Positions 13,277-60,850 of a stretch of DNA of 64,000 bases are shown one piece after another. The stretch lies in NCBI GenBank assembly GCA_964106915.2, contig OZ066919.1, one strand, 5' to 3'. The translations under genes were made by a program, and so were the position numbers. The number at the start of each line of letters is the position of its first letter. Within the stretch, counting starts at the first letter, position 1. The notes beneath the pieces were generated by a model. That model had not been told where the DNA came from, did not search any database, and worked only from the letters and a program-made list of their open reading frames with translations. The stretch is from Podarcis gaigeae. Taxonomy: Eukaryota.

Positions 13277-13933
13277 CTAAGTGCTCCCAATGCAATTATA
13301 CATAAAGGAGGTGCAATGAGTTGTGTATAAGGTGGGATATGCTCGCAGGTGGCTGACATGATCAGTGTCCACAAAGTCCACAGCCTTAACAAGGACCTGA
13401 TGCTGCTTCCGAGCCTCTATCATATTCTCCACATCACTTGCTTGAATAACAGAATCCGCCTTGGAGTAGAGGTATAGCTCAGGCCATCTAGAGAGTTGCT
13501 TCGACATGGCATCATAGTGGCTCTCATGTACAAAGCGGGTCACAGGATACAGTACCATCCGCCATGTCACCACCAGAACTGCAAATGTCAGTAAAAGGGC
13601 ATACTTAACACATACATTGTATGACGATAGGACAACTGAGAGGGCACCAAGCGCACCCCGCAGATTCTTCCTGCCAGGAGCACTATCAAACACAGTACCC
13701 ACCACCCTTAGATGCTGGAACTGCTGGTGAGTGTGAAGAAGCTCCACAATGTAGCGGTACAGCATGACACCTCCATTGCTGAAGACATGAAAGAACAGGG
13801 GCTTCGTCTCTACTTTGTAGTCAAAGAGGAGCTCCAGCAGCTTCTTTGCCAAGTTCTGCAAGGAATTTATACCCAAGGATTCTGAAAAGAAAACCAATCT
13901 CCAAGGAGCCGTATAGCGGATCACTACACATCC
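13277..13933 (-). CDS. TMEM53: TMEM53 exon 3 (terminal)
   Basis: cctcacag acceptor; [11 protein letters not shown]...CIGST*; includes the hydrophobic TM segment. Confidence 0.96.
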   Translation of the reverse strand, partial: GCVVIRYTAPWRLVFFSESLGINSLQNLAKKLLELLFDYKVETKPLFFHVFSNGGVMLYRYIVELLHTHQQFQHLRVVGTVFDSAPGRKNLRGALGALSVVLSSYNVCVKYALLLTFAVLVVTWRMVLYPVTRFVHESHYDAMSKQLSRWPELYLYSKADSVIQASDVENMIEARKQHQVLVKAVDFVDTDHVSHLRAYPTLYTTHCTSFMYNCIGST

Positions 13934-15719
13934 CTGTGAGGAATACACAAGTTTTAGTGTGTGCCATACAGTAAAAAGAACAAGAATTGGACAAGGTGTG
14001 CCAAGAGAAATATTCATATACTGCATATTTGAGAATTGCTCTCAATTTTCACTTCCGGAAATGGAAACATCTTAAAAGCAATACTCCTATATAGACTAGC
14101 AATTAGGTACATGTTAGGTTATCGCAAAGGGTGAGTCCTGAGGAATGAGTAACAAACTAAATTACCTGCAGTGGACTACAGTGATGGGCAAATGAAGCTC
14201 TTTCATTTCAAGTCAGTGACTCATCCAAAAAAACCTTAACTCCAGTCACAAATCCCATACTTGTCAGCTGACATGCTTATAGCGTGTTTTATACCAGTGT
14301 TTGAGCAAGAGAGTGGAAAGGAATCCATTATAGCCAAAATGGCTATAACAGCGGGGGGGGGGGGGGGGAGAGACAACTGCTCAGTCTCCCTGCCTTTAAC
14401 ATGGAAACCACATTTCAGTCTAAAACATCTATTATCAGAAAGAAATAAAGTGAACATCAGACAGGACCTCAGTTAATTTTCAGAATCTTTGAAGAGCTAG
14501 GCAATAAATACAAAATAGTAGGCTTTTGAATGTCCCCTAGAATACATTTTAAAGAGGATGCCAAGCAAACTTCTTAAGCTAAAGTTGCTACCAAAACCAA
14601 ACACATCAAATATTCCCAACCTTTGTGTTAACATAAAAGAGTTGAAAAAGATTTCAATCAGGCCATATAGAAAATTCAACTTTGAAATCAGTCAAGCTAC
14701 TCTCTGCGACTTATTATGCATGTATGTAATTTGTATACCACCCTTCATCTGAAGATCTCAGGGCAGTTCACAACAGAAACATACAAAATACACAATAAAA
14801 CAACAACAACCCAATAATCCCCCCTCCTATAACACACATTTTAAAAGCCATAGAATGTTAATCAGCCAAACGCCTGGTTGAAGAGAAACATTTTCACTTG
14901 GCACTAGAGTCTACTCTATGCAAGTCCTGGGAATGATCAGGTCAGGAAATTCTCACCCTAGAATTTTCACTCTTTAGAGTAGTTCTTTTATACACAATGT
15001 TCAGGTGTGCCACATGCCACCCAAAGTACAAACCATCCAAGTGTTCTTGATGTATCTCTGGATTGGCCACGAATTGTTCTTTCCCTGAAGAACACTGCAA
15101 TAACTGCAGTCCAGTAAGTTCACTACTCACCTCCTGAAGGTAGATGGTGCTGTATTTCTGCAGGTACCTATCCTTGCAGCCAGCCCACCCAAGCAGTATC
15201 ACCACGGGCAGATTGCCTTTACTTCTCTTTGCAGCACCGGACTCTGAAAAAAAGAAAAGAAGATTAAATGTCTGTCTTAGTCTTAACGAAAGGACGACTG
15301 TGCCACCAGACACGCAAACTTTTGGGAGCTGCAGCCGCCTCCGCAGAACATCCCTGCACTTGTCAGGAGATTCCTGGGTAAGATGTGCGCGTGCGCGCCG
15401 ATTATTTGCGATTAATTCATACTTCCAAAGGCGAAGCACCTCGGCAATGGAAGCAGATTTCGCGGCCAAGCCAAAGGGAACGCTGCCTAAAATCAAACTC
15501 TTAAAAAAACAAAAAACAACCCGACCCCACGAAGACAGCCCTCGCCTATTTCCAGTTTCCACCTTCAGCACGTCGGTCGGACCTTCCTTTCCCTCTCCAT
15601 CGGCCGCTCCGCGAGTGCCGCACCAGCGAAATCTCCCAAACCCTCGCACACTCACCAGCATTTCTCTCCCGCGGCGTCGGGGGCAGCTCCACTACGCACC
15701 CCAACTCCTTGGACCCCAT
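13277..15719 (-). CDS. TMEM53: TMEM53, transmembrane protein 53 (DUF829, alpha/beta-hydrolase-like); whole gene, 3 coding exons, 277 aa
   Basis: Exons 15719-15656 (64 nt), 15243-15131 (113 nt), 13933-13277 (657 nt) splice in frame with GT-AG. Motifs [36 protein letters not shown] match TMEM53 as I recall it. Confidence 0.96.
15131..15243 (-). CDS. TMEM53: TMEM53 exon 2
   Basis: ttttcag acceptor; (E)[37 protein letters not shown]; gtgagt donor. Confidence 0.93.
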
Positions 15720-16150
15720 CCCTACGGCGGCTACCTCAGAACTGCCGCTTCCGCCTCAGCCCCACCGGAAATACCCGCCCTCTTCGAGTCGCCTGACGAA
15801 TCAGGAGGAGCAGGCGAGAGAGCGCGCGGCCGCTCCGTGACCCCCACTTCGCCGGTAACCGGAATGCTGCTTAGCAACGCAGCGGCCTTAGCAACCGAGC
15901 GGCCACCCCTTTGCATATACAGTATAAATGCACACACACGCTGCCAGTCCAGTTTTCGTCAAAAACAAAACAAAACCGAGCTGGGCTTCCTCGTTGACAG
16001 GTTTGCCAGAGGGTCCCCGCTGGAAGTTTTGAAGCAGCCCAGGAAAGAAGGAGCAGTGGAGGCTAGAGCAGTCTGTATATGGCAAGAGCAGAACGAGGGG
16101 TGTGTAGGGAATTGCGAAGGCTTCGAGACTGAGAGGGTGGTGGGCAGAGA
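15290..16150. promoter_or_regulatory. CpG island / bidirectional promoter shared by TMEM53 (-) and ARMH1 (+)
   Basis: CpG- and GC-rich relative to the flanks; ETS-like CCGGAA, GC box, and two RFX X-box-like motifs (gctgcttagcaac 15866-15878; gcggccttagcaac 15882-15895). Confidence 0.75.
15656..15719 (-). CDS. TMEM53: TMEM53 exon 1 ([21 protein letters not shown])
   Basis: ATG in a CpG island; donor G|gtgagt in phase 1, matching exon 2. Confidence 0.88.
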
Positions 16151-19100
16151 CCACGAACTGAGAAGCTAGAATTCAAGCCTGGGTCTCTGAACGAGGAGAT
16201 AAAGGCACCGGACACTTTGCTGCATTATTCGTTTATTCTGCATCTCAAATTCCAAAGCTGAGCTCCAGCAGAAAATCAGGGTGGGAGAAAACAAGCCCCA
16301 CCCCACTCCGCAAGAACATATTTCTGGGGATGCAAAGAAGTTTTGCATTTTGTTGTTTATGTTTGCCCTGGCAGGGTTATCATTTGTTTTGTTTTGTTTT
16401 CCTAGCAGGATTCCTGTGACTTTAACAACTGCATGATGGAGTAGTTCAGACACTTGGTGAGTTGAACCTTAGTGTCTTTCTGCAGGAAACTCATCACAAA
16501 TCTGAACTACAATGGACAGCAATTTTTAGCTCACAGCTTATCTAAATTTTAGGTTCTAGAGCCTACAGTATATTGCTTTTGCCCAAGCACATCACTATGA
16601 AGGATTCTAGGTTGGGTTGTTTTCATTATGCCTATTTTTGAATGGGTTAAGATGATTCTAATACCAGGCAGAAAGGATCTCCTTTGGGGAGCACTGCAAA
16701 ATAATTAGTTCTTTCAGGGAAGAAGAGTTAGAACGCAGTCCCAACCATTCCTACTTAAGAGTAAGTTCATTGAATCCAACGGAGCTTACTGCCAGGTAAG
16801 TGAGATTATGATTGCAGCCTTAGTTACTGGGAAAGATTTTAACATTGTGTGTACCAGATGTGAAAAAAGAGAGAAATCAAAGGGATATCTTCTAAAATGA
16901 TTTTAATTAGGTAACTAGGCCACTTGATATATGAAGAAGTTACTGTCCTTTGGCTAAAGCATGTGCTTTTTACTGTATGTACTACAATTCATCAGGCATA
17001 TTGATTGTACACTTCTGCTTCCATAGAGCGTTGGAGAAACTGAGATTGGACTCCACTACGTGGTTGGATCACTCTGTCTATTGGATCTTTAGTTTATATA
17101 ATAGATAGCTAGTGATTATGTGTATTTATTAACACCTCCAGGATCTTTATAAACTTGACATCTCATGAGAAATAGGAAAAACCCACAAATTTCAATAACT
17201 TTTTGAGACATGATATATATGACCAAGCCCATAAGAAATATTTTTAAGGTGGAGGAATTTTAAAGGCTTAAGTTGTTAGAAATTAACAAATTGCAAAAGA
17301 TACTACTGGGACAGGCTCCTTCACTCAAGATGGGAGCCGGGTAACAATCAATATTCTGAGTGTTTAGAAGTTTCTGTTCTCTGATACTAAAGAATATATA
17401 AAAGCTTTAAAAGGACTGGTAGTTTTCCATTAGAATTCTGTGAGCACTTCTCAGAAGAACTTGTACCACATTTAACTCCATTGTTTAACAATATACTGAG
17501 GTGCCCAAGGTTGAAACTCCTGATATATGTAGGGAGATGATATTAGCAGTTATCCAAAAGCATTTTGCCTCTTGGGGCAATCCTGTTCATATATTAGATG
17601 TGAAAATGTTTACTATATTTCTCAATGGAAGGATTAATTATACTCTTATACATTTACACACCCTATATTTAAAGCATATTTATACCACTTTAACAGCCAT
17701 GGTTTCTCCCAAAGAATCATGGAAACTGGAGCTTACCCTTAAGTGAATACAGTTCCTAAGATTCTTTGTGAAAGCCTTGTGCTTTAAATGAATCAAATGC
17801 TGTGATTATGACCCATAATCAGGTTGTGAATATCATTCAGTTTCATGAAATGCCCCAAATCCTAATCATTTTTCTCTGGATATGGACAGTACATTGGATT
17901 GCTTGAAAAATATTGCCTTAAAAGACTTTCAAATAAAATGAATTTCAGGAAACGTTTTGTATGGGCCTTTGGACTGAGAAGGAGCATTAAATCATGTTGC
18001 TTTTCTGTGAGGGGTCCGTAGCCATTGCTCTGAAAGAGATTAAACAGGTTTGCTCTTCCTGCGGACAATACTAGGTTGTTTTTGAAGAACCTGCTGCAGT
18101 TCTTGCCTGCTCTGCTCAATAACCTAAGACTGTACAGTATTATTCAACCTTTAAATCACCTTAGACAAATTGGAACAGTGGAAGGAATTCAAAGTCATGC
18201 TAAAACAAAAGTTCCATCAGCACAAACATTTTTGCTTGCCTGATGGAAATACCTCTCCTCTCCATGCTGTTCTGGGCGTTCTCCTGGCACCTCCCCAAGC
18301 TAATTTGTGGGGATGGGAGTGCACAGGGGAGGAGAGGAAGGAAAGTCCCATTGCTTAGTAAAATCCAGCCCTTTAATACCCAAGGTAAAAAAAGAAATAG
18401 TATTTTGCATTGAAAGAAAATGTGTGGGGTCAGTGGCAGTGTTTAAGGCTCCAGATTACAAATAAGCTTAAAGACCTGAAGAATGGAAGTTTTGCTTTTA
18501 TACTGTTCAACATTAAGAATGCTGTACATATTTTGAATGGCTGTTAAGGTCTCTCTTAAGGGATGTACAGCAACACTAAAATGGCAGTGTTTCCTAAAGT
18601 GTTAGATCTGTTTCAGATTGTGCTTATGGTTCCATTAAAGTGGTTAACAGCTTGGCAAAAATATTATATGGCAAGGCAAGAAGCCAAGGATTGCTAGATT
18701 TACTATGCATTAGCCAATTAAGCATGGTGGGCTTCCTGTTCTGGATTTCACATTGGATTGCTATGCTGCTGAGTTTTGTGATTTCATTAGTTTGGTACAA
18801 GTGCCAGAAAACAAATATTGGAAGAAGATGGAAAACAAAGGGATACCCAATTACTCAGGTACTGTGGTAGGTTTTTCTTTCTAAATATAGACTTAAAACC
18901 TGGCAGCATTATATCCCTGACTTCATATGGGAGAAATGGAAAGAAAGGTTACCTCAGATATCTCCCCTCTTACTTTTTAAAAATCCTCCATAGCAGCTGT
19001 GTTTGTAGCACTCAAATGTATACCCAATTGGCATCTTGGATAAATAGGCAGTTTCTGTTTGTGGCTCAAGATATCCTTGTACACTAATTCAAATGTCTAC

Positions 19101-20540
19101 AAATAAAAAGGCTGGTGAGAGAGAGCTCTTGAAAATACTTCCTACAGAATTAAGTGCTTTTGTCATTTAACAATATGTACACATGGCAGATTTCTCATGT
19201 TCTGAGTTCAGCACTTGAACAGGTATGTTTTTACCTCACTGACATCCAGAACCTATCTGTGCACATGGCAAACTTGGGCCAGTCTCAATCTTTTCCAACT
19301 CAATCCAGAAGGCAATTGTGGGCTGAAGTCCCTATGTGTCTGGATTGCAGAAGATAGATGTGGAACATATAATACCTTTTGAGAGTTTCTCTGTGGCTGT
19401 GCCCTTAAAAATGCATTTTCCTTTGTTGGAAGCCTGAATCTCTTTGTGTCAACTGTGAATAAAGATAAACATATTCACAGTAGGTGGTGCCATTGAATCT
19501 TTAAATAAGAACATGATGTGGCCATGCAGCCTTCTCCCCTGTGACTGACTTCTGTGTATCAAGTGCTGCAGCCAAGTAGATGAAGATTTATCTTTAGCAG
19601 TCAAAGGACTCATTGCTTCCTAGAAAAAGGAGGGAATATATGCCCCCATAAAAATATGGAGATGTTAATTTAGAATCAAACTAGCAATTGTTTCAGTTGG
19701 AAAGTTCTTTTAACTAGATCAGTGTAGAGGACACAGGTGCACAATATGGAGCTATAATTTATAGTGAATGTCCCAAGATGAAAAACAACTTCTGCCAAAA
19801 CGCAAATATCAGCTACAAGGCTCACAAGTAAGATTTCACAAATATTCTGTAAATCAAGTGAATGAGACTCATGTTTCACCTCTTCCTCTGAAAGGCTGCT
19901 ACAGCTGTTCCCTTGTCAGTGCTAACATTTGTTATGGCTAATAACACTTTCAATCACAACTATTTGAGGAAAATTGATTTATTTAGAACCTTCTCTCCTG
20001 TGCTGAAAATACTCTGCCAAGGACAAAAGCTCCTGCAAACCACAGGTTGTTAATTCCCTGATGGATTCCTATGCATGTCTCAGCACTGCTTCTTTATACA
20101 TTTTTGAAGGGGCTGTAAAGAAAAAAAATGAGATAGGTAAGCTCTTCTTTATATTTAATGTTGCCTTTATCATAGCAATTCTGTAGATGTTACCCCTCAA
20201 ATTTTTGTATGTGAATCAAATTTGAGTTTCATGTGCTGTCTATAGGATAAATAAGATTAGTGGGGCAGTGCTGACATAACTTCCAAGATGTCTGTGTTGA
20301 GTTTTTGCCTTTCAGACCGACCTACAGAATCCATTTTAATTAGCCACTTCACCAAATGCCAAAATTTGGTAACTACAGAATGACACTGCTTGTTAAGCCT
20401 ACATTACTGGAAGATTTGTTAGTACCTTGACAAAACAAACTAGGCTTTAATATGGTTCAAACTATGGTTTAAAACAAGCATGGTGACTTGCTTTAAATTA
20501 CAATTTTAATGTGAGATGCAAGGTGTGCCAGTGTCAAAGT

Positions 20541-20676
20541 CAGGCATAGGCAAACTCGGCCTTCCAGATGTTTTGAGACTACAACTCCCATCATCCCTGA
20601 CCACTGGTCCCGTTAGCTGGGGATGATGGGAGTTGTACTCCTAAAACATCTGGAGGGCCGAGTTTGCCTATGCCTG
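20541..20676. mobile_element. hAT-family palindromic MITE with 8-bp TSD
   Basis: caggcataggcaaactcggc...gccgagtttgcctatgcctg; TSD gtcaaagt at 20533-20540 and 20677-20684. Confidence 0.92.
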
Positions 20677-20708
20677 GTCAAAGTAGATGGGGCTGGTGTA
20701 TTCTCTGA

Positions 20709-33065
<12,357 letters not shown>

Positions 33066-33411
33066 TTAGTGACCTCTCAATTGTCCTCATTGGGCTGTTG
33101 TTCATTTTCATCTATTTTTTTCATGCATTCTGTTTCAGGCCCTACTACCCATCCCCATGAGAAAAAGATGCAAAGCTCCAAGTGCCTTATGACAGGTGAC
33201 TTTGAGTCCCTGTCCCCCTCCCTTTTCTCAAATCTGAAATCTACTCAGTTTGGTTATCAACCACCAGACACATCAATTGCTCTCATTGTTCTTCAACAGC
33301 TGCCTTTGCAACAACATAACCATAGACTAATTTGTGTCATACTTATGAAAATAAGGAATAATCCCTTGTACAGCCACTTTGAGTTCTGAGGAGGAGACAG
33401 GATATCTATGT

Positions 33412-33421
33412 AATAAATAAA
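33412..33421 (+). terminator. Candidate ARMH1 polyadenylation signals (overlapping AATAAA)
   Basis: aataaataaa about 350 nt after the putative stop at 33065; could instead be a repeat tail. Confidence 0.35.
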
Positions 33422-34544
33422 AACAGTACTGAACAACTAAGTCTCTGTGATCATACATACCAGACACAAGACTCCACTCCAATTTGCAGGTTCAACTGAA
33501 ACTGAAATAAATGAACATACAGAAGATACATGGGCATCTGGTTAGCCATTGTGAGAACAGAATGCTTGGCCTTATCTAGCAGGCTGCTCTGCTCTTACGC
33601 CGTGAACTCTAGATCCCCTTGCCAACTTATTTTTGTGCAGACAGACTGAACCCTAATGTAGTAGAGCATCCAGAAGTCTACCGTAAGACCCAATGTTCTT
33701 TTCTTGAGAAATAGGCAAAATATTTACATGATTTGCAAGCCAAAAGCAGAAACTGCCATTCTCTAGCAGCACTACTGGGAAAGCAGCAATGGCTTCTCTA
33801 GTTATGCATTCAGCATATAAACACACTCTTGAATACTTCATAGCTTTATAGTTATATAAAGGGATTTTTGAAGTAATACAGCTCTTTAAGAGAAATTAAG
33901 GAGCAATCGTATGCTTAAGCCCATTGATTTCAGATACGGCTAGTTTTGTATAGGATTTGGCTGCTCTTTTCCTGAAGTGTACTTTCGCACAATGGATAGT
34001 ATGTATGCTTACAGATCAGGACTATCAACTTCATAGAGATGGAGATAAAATGTTGAAACTTCTTATCAGTTGTTTCCCAACTCCTAGCTCTCTTCTCTTG
34101 GAAAGCATGCGATGCCATTAGCATCTCCTTAGCCACTTTGTATGCCTTAGATCTTAGGAATCAATTAACACTTGCATGCAGTAATGACACCCTAAATTCA
34201 CTTTATAATTGGCAATGCCAGTAGACAAAATTAGCAGCATCCTTCCCATCTTTTTGAAAGCTACACTGATACATCCATGCATATATCAGACTTTTCCTCA
34301 AAGGGTGTAAGCACATATATAAATAAACAAACACACACTCTTGTTTAACACTTTCGGGAAGGATACTGAAGCATACCCACACACTACTGGCTCTTTAGTC
34401 TAAATAGGTGCAAATTTTAAACTTCACAGTTACAATGAAATGGCCCAAACAGTTGACACTTTTTGCCATTCTACTGATAAAATGCAAAAACTCAGAAAGG
34501 CAGAAATTAATTTCCATTTCAGAACAGACTGACACTATAATTGA

Positions 34545-34630
34545 TTTTATTCTGTGAATCGCCCTGAGACCTCTGGGTATAGGGCGGTATATAAATTCAA
34601 TAAATAAATAAATAAATAATAATAATAATT
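34545..34630 (+). mobile_element. L2-type 3' tail fragment with (AAAT)n(AAT)n
   Basis: tgtgaatcgccctgagacc...gggcggtatataaat(aaat)n. Confidence 0.65.
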
Positions 34631-35139
34631 GTAAAGTTTTTTGTATACTTTTTTCAAAATAATAGCCATTAGAGATCATTTTCTTTTAAGCACATGATTA
34701 ATGCATAAAGCCAATTGCTTAACACTGACAAGATTTCAATACCAGTATTTGACTAGTTTTAGAAGTCATAAACGGAATTCTTGCCTCTACATGAATGAAG
34801 ACTATCACAGTCCAACACATTGACTTAAATAGATATGATTATGGTCATTGTCCATTTGCAACATTTATAACAGGAACAGCCAGGAGCTGCATACTCTCAG
34901 GTCTGCGTGAGAAAATACCCAGACCTCCCAGGGACTAATAACATTTGGTACTATATGGGCCTAGGTTGTTAAGCTGCACACATGAGGGTAGTGTTCCCCT
35001 CCACGAAGCCTTTGAAGAGCAGCAGTTGAAATAGCCACAGTAGCTAAGGAGTGGAGTCCTTTCTATCCAAGTTGGCTACCTTGGTCTTGTCAGGCAGAGC
35101 GGCTGGGTATAAATATTTTAAATAAATCCACAATGTTTT

Positions 35140-37230
35140 AAAAACTTTTATTTATGCAGTTTTAACAGCCTTTATACACACATTGCACAGTATCCATCAC
35201 TTATCTCTTTTCCCGACTTCCCAATCCATCTCTCTTATAGGTTAAATTGTATATTTAACCTACTTGTAGATTAAATTGTATATTGTACCCTCTAAGATAA
35301 TCTCCAAAATACCTCCACTCTACTCTTCTCTTGAACTCTTTAACTTTATAAGTGGCCCATTAGTCCATATTCAACCTTTTCGCTGAGACCACCTCAGTTG
35401 GGGATATCCATCTTGGGGGTTTTCTCTCTAAGAGATCTTTGTGTCGCTGCCAAATCGTGTACATACTTCTTCTTATGACATGGTTTTGGAAACCTTTGTG
35501 CACCCTTGATTTGTCATAATGCAGATATGCATGCCATTCAAAGTGTAGATCAAAACCTTCTAGGTCTAAAATGTTGGTATCTCTTAGCTCCATCTATTCT
35601 TTCATCCAACAGAGACACACTGCCTCATAATAAAATCTAAGGTCTGGAAGGGCAAAGTCCCTTCTTTCTCATACATCTGTCAGATTTTTATACTTAATTC
35701 GGGTTTCCCCACTACCAAATGAAGTTTGTCACGTCCTTCTTTCACATTTTAAAATAGTTTGGGCTATTACCATGAGTGTTTGAAATAAGATCATCTTGGG
35801 CAAAACATTCATTTTGACTGTGGATATTCTTCCTAACAAAGAAAGGTTCAGTCTAGTCCATTTTTCTAGATTCTTTTTATTTCATTCCAGATTTTAACAT
35901 ATTTATCCTGAAAAAGGTTTTGATTCTTAGCTGATATCCATATCCCCAAATATTTTTCTGTTTTAATTCCCATAATATTCTCAAGTCTTTCTTTTGCCTG
36001 TAAGTCTAAATTTTTTTACTATCATTTTTGTTTTTTTCCTTATTTATATAGAATCCTGCCAATTTGCCAAATTTTGTTATAGTTTCTATTGCCCTTGGGA
36101 CGCTTTCCACCGAATTTTCCAACATCAACACGTCGTCTGCAAAGGCTTTCACTTTGTATTCTCTCTGCCCAACCTTAATTCCTGTTATTTCATCATTTTT
36201 CGTATTTGTCTAGTTAACACTTCTAATACGTATTAGGATAAACAACAGTGGCAACAGGGGGCATCCCTGCCTTGTCCCCTTCTTGATGCTACTTTTTTCT
36301 GTGACATTACTATTTATTATTAAGCTCGCCTATTGCTCTGTGTATACTGCATTTATCCCATTAGAGAAGATGGCATTCAGAACAGCATTCTCCACTAATT
36401 TCTTCAGGAGGACCCAGAACACATTGTCAAAGGCCTTTTCAGCATATAAAAATATTAGTGCTGCTTCTTTTTCATTTCTTTTTTCCAAGTATTTGATCAC
36501 ATTTCTAGTATTATTCCTTGGTAAAAAAAACCTCATGAATAGGTATTCTAGGACCACCATCAGCTTTTTTGCCATTATTGCAGTGTACAACTTATAATCA
36601 TTGTTCAGTAAGGAGATCAGCCTGTAGTTCTTGAGTTGGAGTATATCCTGATCTTGTTTGGGGATTAGAGTAATGTAAACGTTCTTCCACAATGTTGGTA
36701 TTGTTCTCCCTTGTAAACTTTCATTCATAAGATCTTTAAGGGGCGTGGTAATGTTTCTCTTAATGTTTTATAATATGCGACTGAAAGTCCGTCCAGACCA
36801 GGAGGTTTGCTAGAATTTGCCTGCTTGATAGGTACATCTATTTCCATCATTGAGATGGGGGCATTCAGACTATCTACTTGGTCCTTTGTTAGCTGTGGTA
36901 GATAACATTTTTGCAAATATTCTTCTATGTCTTTCTCACTCTCCTTTCCATTCACATACAAAGTCGAGTAGTATCTTAAAACTTCTTTTCTGAATTCTTT
37001 TTGGTTACAATATCCTCTCCCCTACCATTATCTTGTTTATTATATTGGGGGTTTTATTTTCCCAGCTTATTGGCAAACTCAAATTGTTTTTGTTTTAAAG
37101 CTTTTTAGTCATTGCTCTATTTCATTCTGTGTGATCATGGCAAATTGCGTCTGTTGTATTTTCAGTTTCTGAATACAAACTTGATATTTTCATAACACAC
37201 CATTTCCTTCAAAATTCTTTTTCTTCCTCT
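35140..37230 (-). mobile_element. Decayed L1-clade (L1/Tx1) LINE ORF2 fragment
   Basis: Frame-shifted RT motifs: PGLDGL, YITLIPKQDQD..KNYRLISLLNNDYKLY, AEKAFDNV. Confidence 0.85.
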
Positions 37231-38350
37231 TTTCTTTCTATAAATTGGATTACCAGCATGTCACATCCTGATCCATTCCTTTACTGGAGTTCCTTAGTTG
37301 CTTTCTGTCAACACCACCGCATCAAGTCCTCTAATATTATTATCTCATTACATCTTTCAAATAATTAGCCTTCCAGCTCTCTATAGAACTCCAGTATTTT
37401 TTTTCCATTTAGTTAGCCTACAAGGTGATTAGCTCCACTTTCTACACATACCTGTGTTAGTAAATTTTTTTTAAAACAACCTGGAAAAAGGTCAGATGAA
37501 TTCAATCTTGTCCTTTTCCAGTTGTTCCATTAGCAAAAATGGTAGAGTCCAGAAGTTTTGACTAGCGTTGACCACCCACATTTTTCCAGAACCCCTGATC
37601 ATTTCTCATAAATAGGGACCATCTTTCCTTAAAGTTCAACCAAAATAGAAACAACCTTGGCTGTCATCACAACCTAGCTGGACTAGGATTGCCTAATGTG
37701 TTCAAGTTACAGTCCTAAACATTCTTTCCATGCTCCTGTAAATATTTAAGGGCGGGGGGCAAAGATCCACCAAGTTCAATAGACTTCCTCTGGTAAGTAT
37801 ACTAGTAAGTACAATTGCTGCCTTCCTCTGAAACAAAACCAGTTGAAAACCAAGATAAAAGGCCAGATTCAGCTAAATAGTTGTGCTAGTGCAACAAGTC
37901 ATGTTAATAGGAAGATGGGAAACTGGTCTACCTGGCAAGCAGAAATGTTTGCAATGACTGAACAAACATAACAGCACAATGCTGAACTCCCATAGTATTT
38001 CTAAGTAAAATATGTTTATAACCAGTCTTACCGACAAATCTCAAATTCTCTTTTAGATGTAATAGATAAGGTTGAAAGTAAGCAAGCTGTCCTTACCAAG
38101 TTGTTGCTCTCCAAGCCAGATGTGCATACAAATCCAACATATACAAATGGCCTCCAAGAACAGCAGAAGACCTGCAGAACACACTTCAAACCCCTCACAA
38201 TACAGGACTTGATGCATTCAGAAATATTTATTTATAAACTGCTTCAATTACTGATTATTTATATTTTAAAAAGTCTCAAACAGCAAAACCAGTTCAAGAT
38301 TCACTGGATTGCATTCAATGTTAACATTTCAAAAGTATTTAGTGAAATAC

Positions 38351-38356
38351 TTTATT
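38351..38356 (-). terminator. Candidate KIF2C polyadenylation signal AATAAA
   Basis: tttatt on +, about 275 nt after the stop. Confidence 0.55.
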
Positions 38357-38630
38357 TACACTAGAAAAATGTACAAGCTTACCAAGAGACACCAAAGTAA
38401 CTCTTCTTCTTAGCCTTCAGTTGTGAAGAGGAGCAATGGTCCCAGAAACATCACATTCTGGCAGAGTACTTTCCTTTGCCTGCATAAAGGATAGCACCCT
38501 CTCCCCAAAACAGGGAACCCTCAAACAAGATAGGATGAACCTTCTGCTAGCGTTTTAAATACAGTTAACAGCAAACCAAAGAAGTGACAGACAAATAGAG
38601 AGGGAAGAAATTCATTTAACAAGTGGGTAA

Positions 38631-60547
<21,917 letters not shown>

Positions 60548-60549
60548 AG

Positions 60550-60850
60550 TACTGGAAAAGTCTGGTTCTCTAGCGTCCGCAAAAAAAAGGAGCACCTCTC
60601 ACTTCACAGACCGGTATCGAAAAGAAGCAGCGAATCAACTGCCGCCGTTTTGAACGGGGCGCGCCGCAAAGCCTGCCGGGAAGCTACGTCTGTCAGGTGA
60701 CGTAAATGCCTACAAAAAAACTACATCTACCAGCGCGACTTGCGGCGCCCGCCCCCTAATTGTTTCCCCATGTTTTCTGGAGATTTACACTTCCGAAAAT
60801 GACGTACAAGCCAAAGTTAATGACATGGAGCCTACCCGGAGGAGCGTTCT
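60550..60850 (-). promoter_or_regulatory. KIF2C CpG-island promoter with cell-cycle motifs
   Basis: CpG-rich; CHR-like TTTGAA 60649-60654; MYB-like CAACTGCC 60636-60643; CRE half-sites TGACGT; ZNF143-like ACTACAtctacCAGC; ETS cttccg. Confidence 0.65.

Noticed and set aside
13934-14026. N-terminal extension of the 249-aa ORF
   Set aside because: Intronic; a proper acceptor lies at 13934-13936 and the upstream exons supply the real N-terminus
15144-16169. 341-aa + strand ORF (and 239-aa - strand ORF 14942-15661)
   Set aside because: GC-rich CpG-island ORFs overlapping TMEM53 exons 1-2 and intron 1; no recognisable domain except the true exon 2 peptide
16410-16458. Possible ARMH1 5' UTR exon (cag...ttg|gtgagt)
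   Set aside because: Plausible splice signals, but a non-coding exon cannot be supported without transcript data
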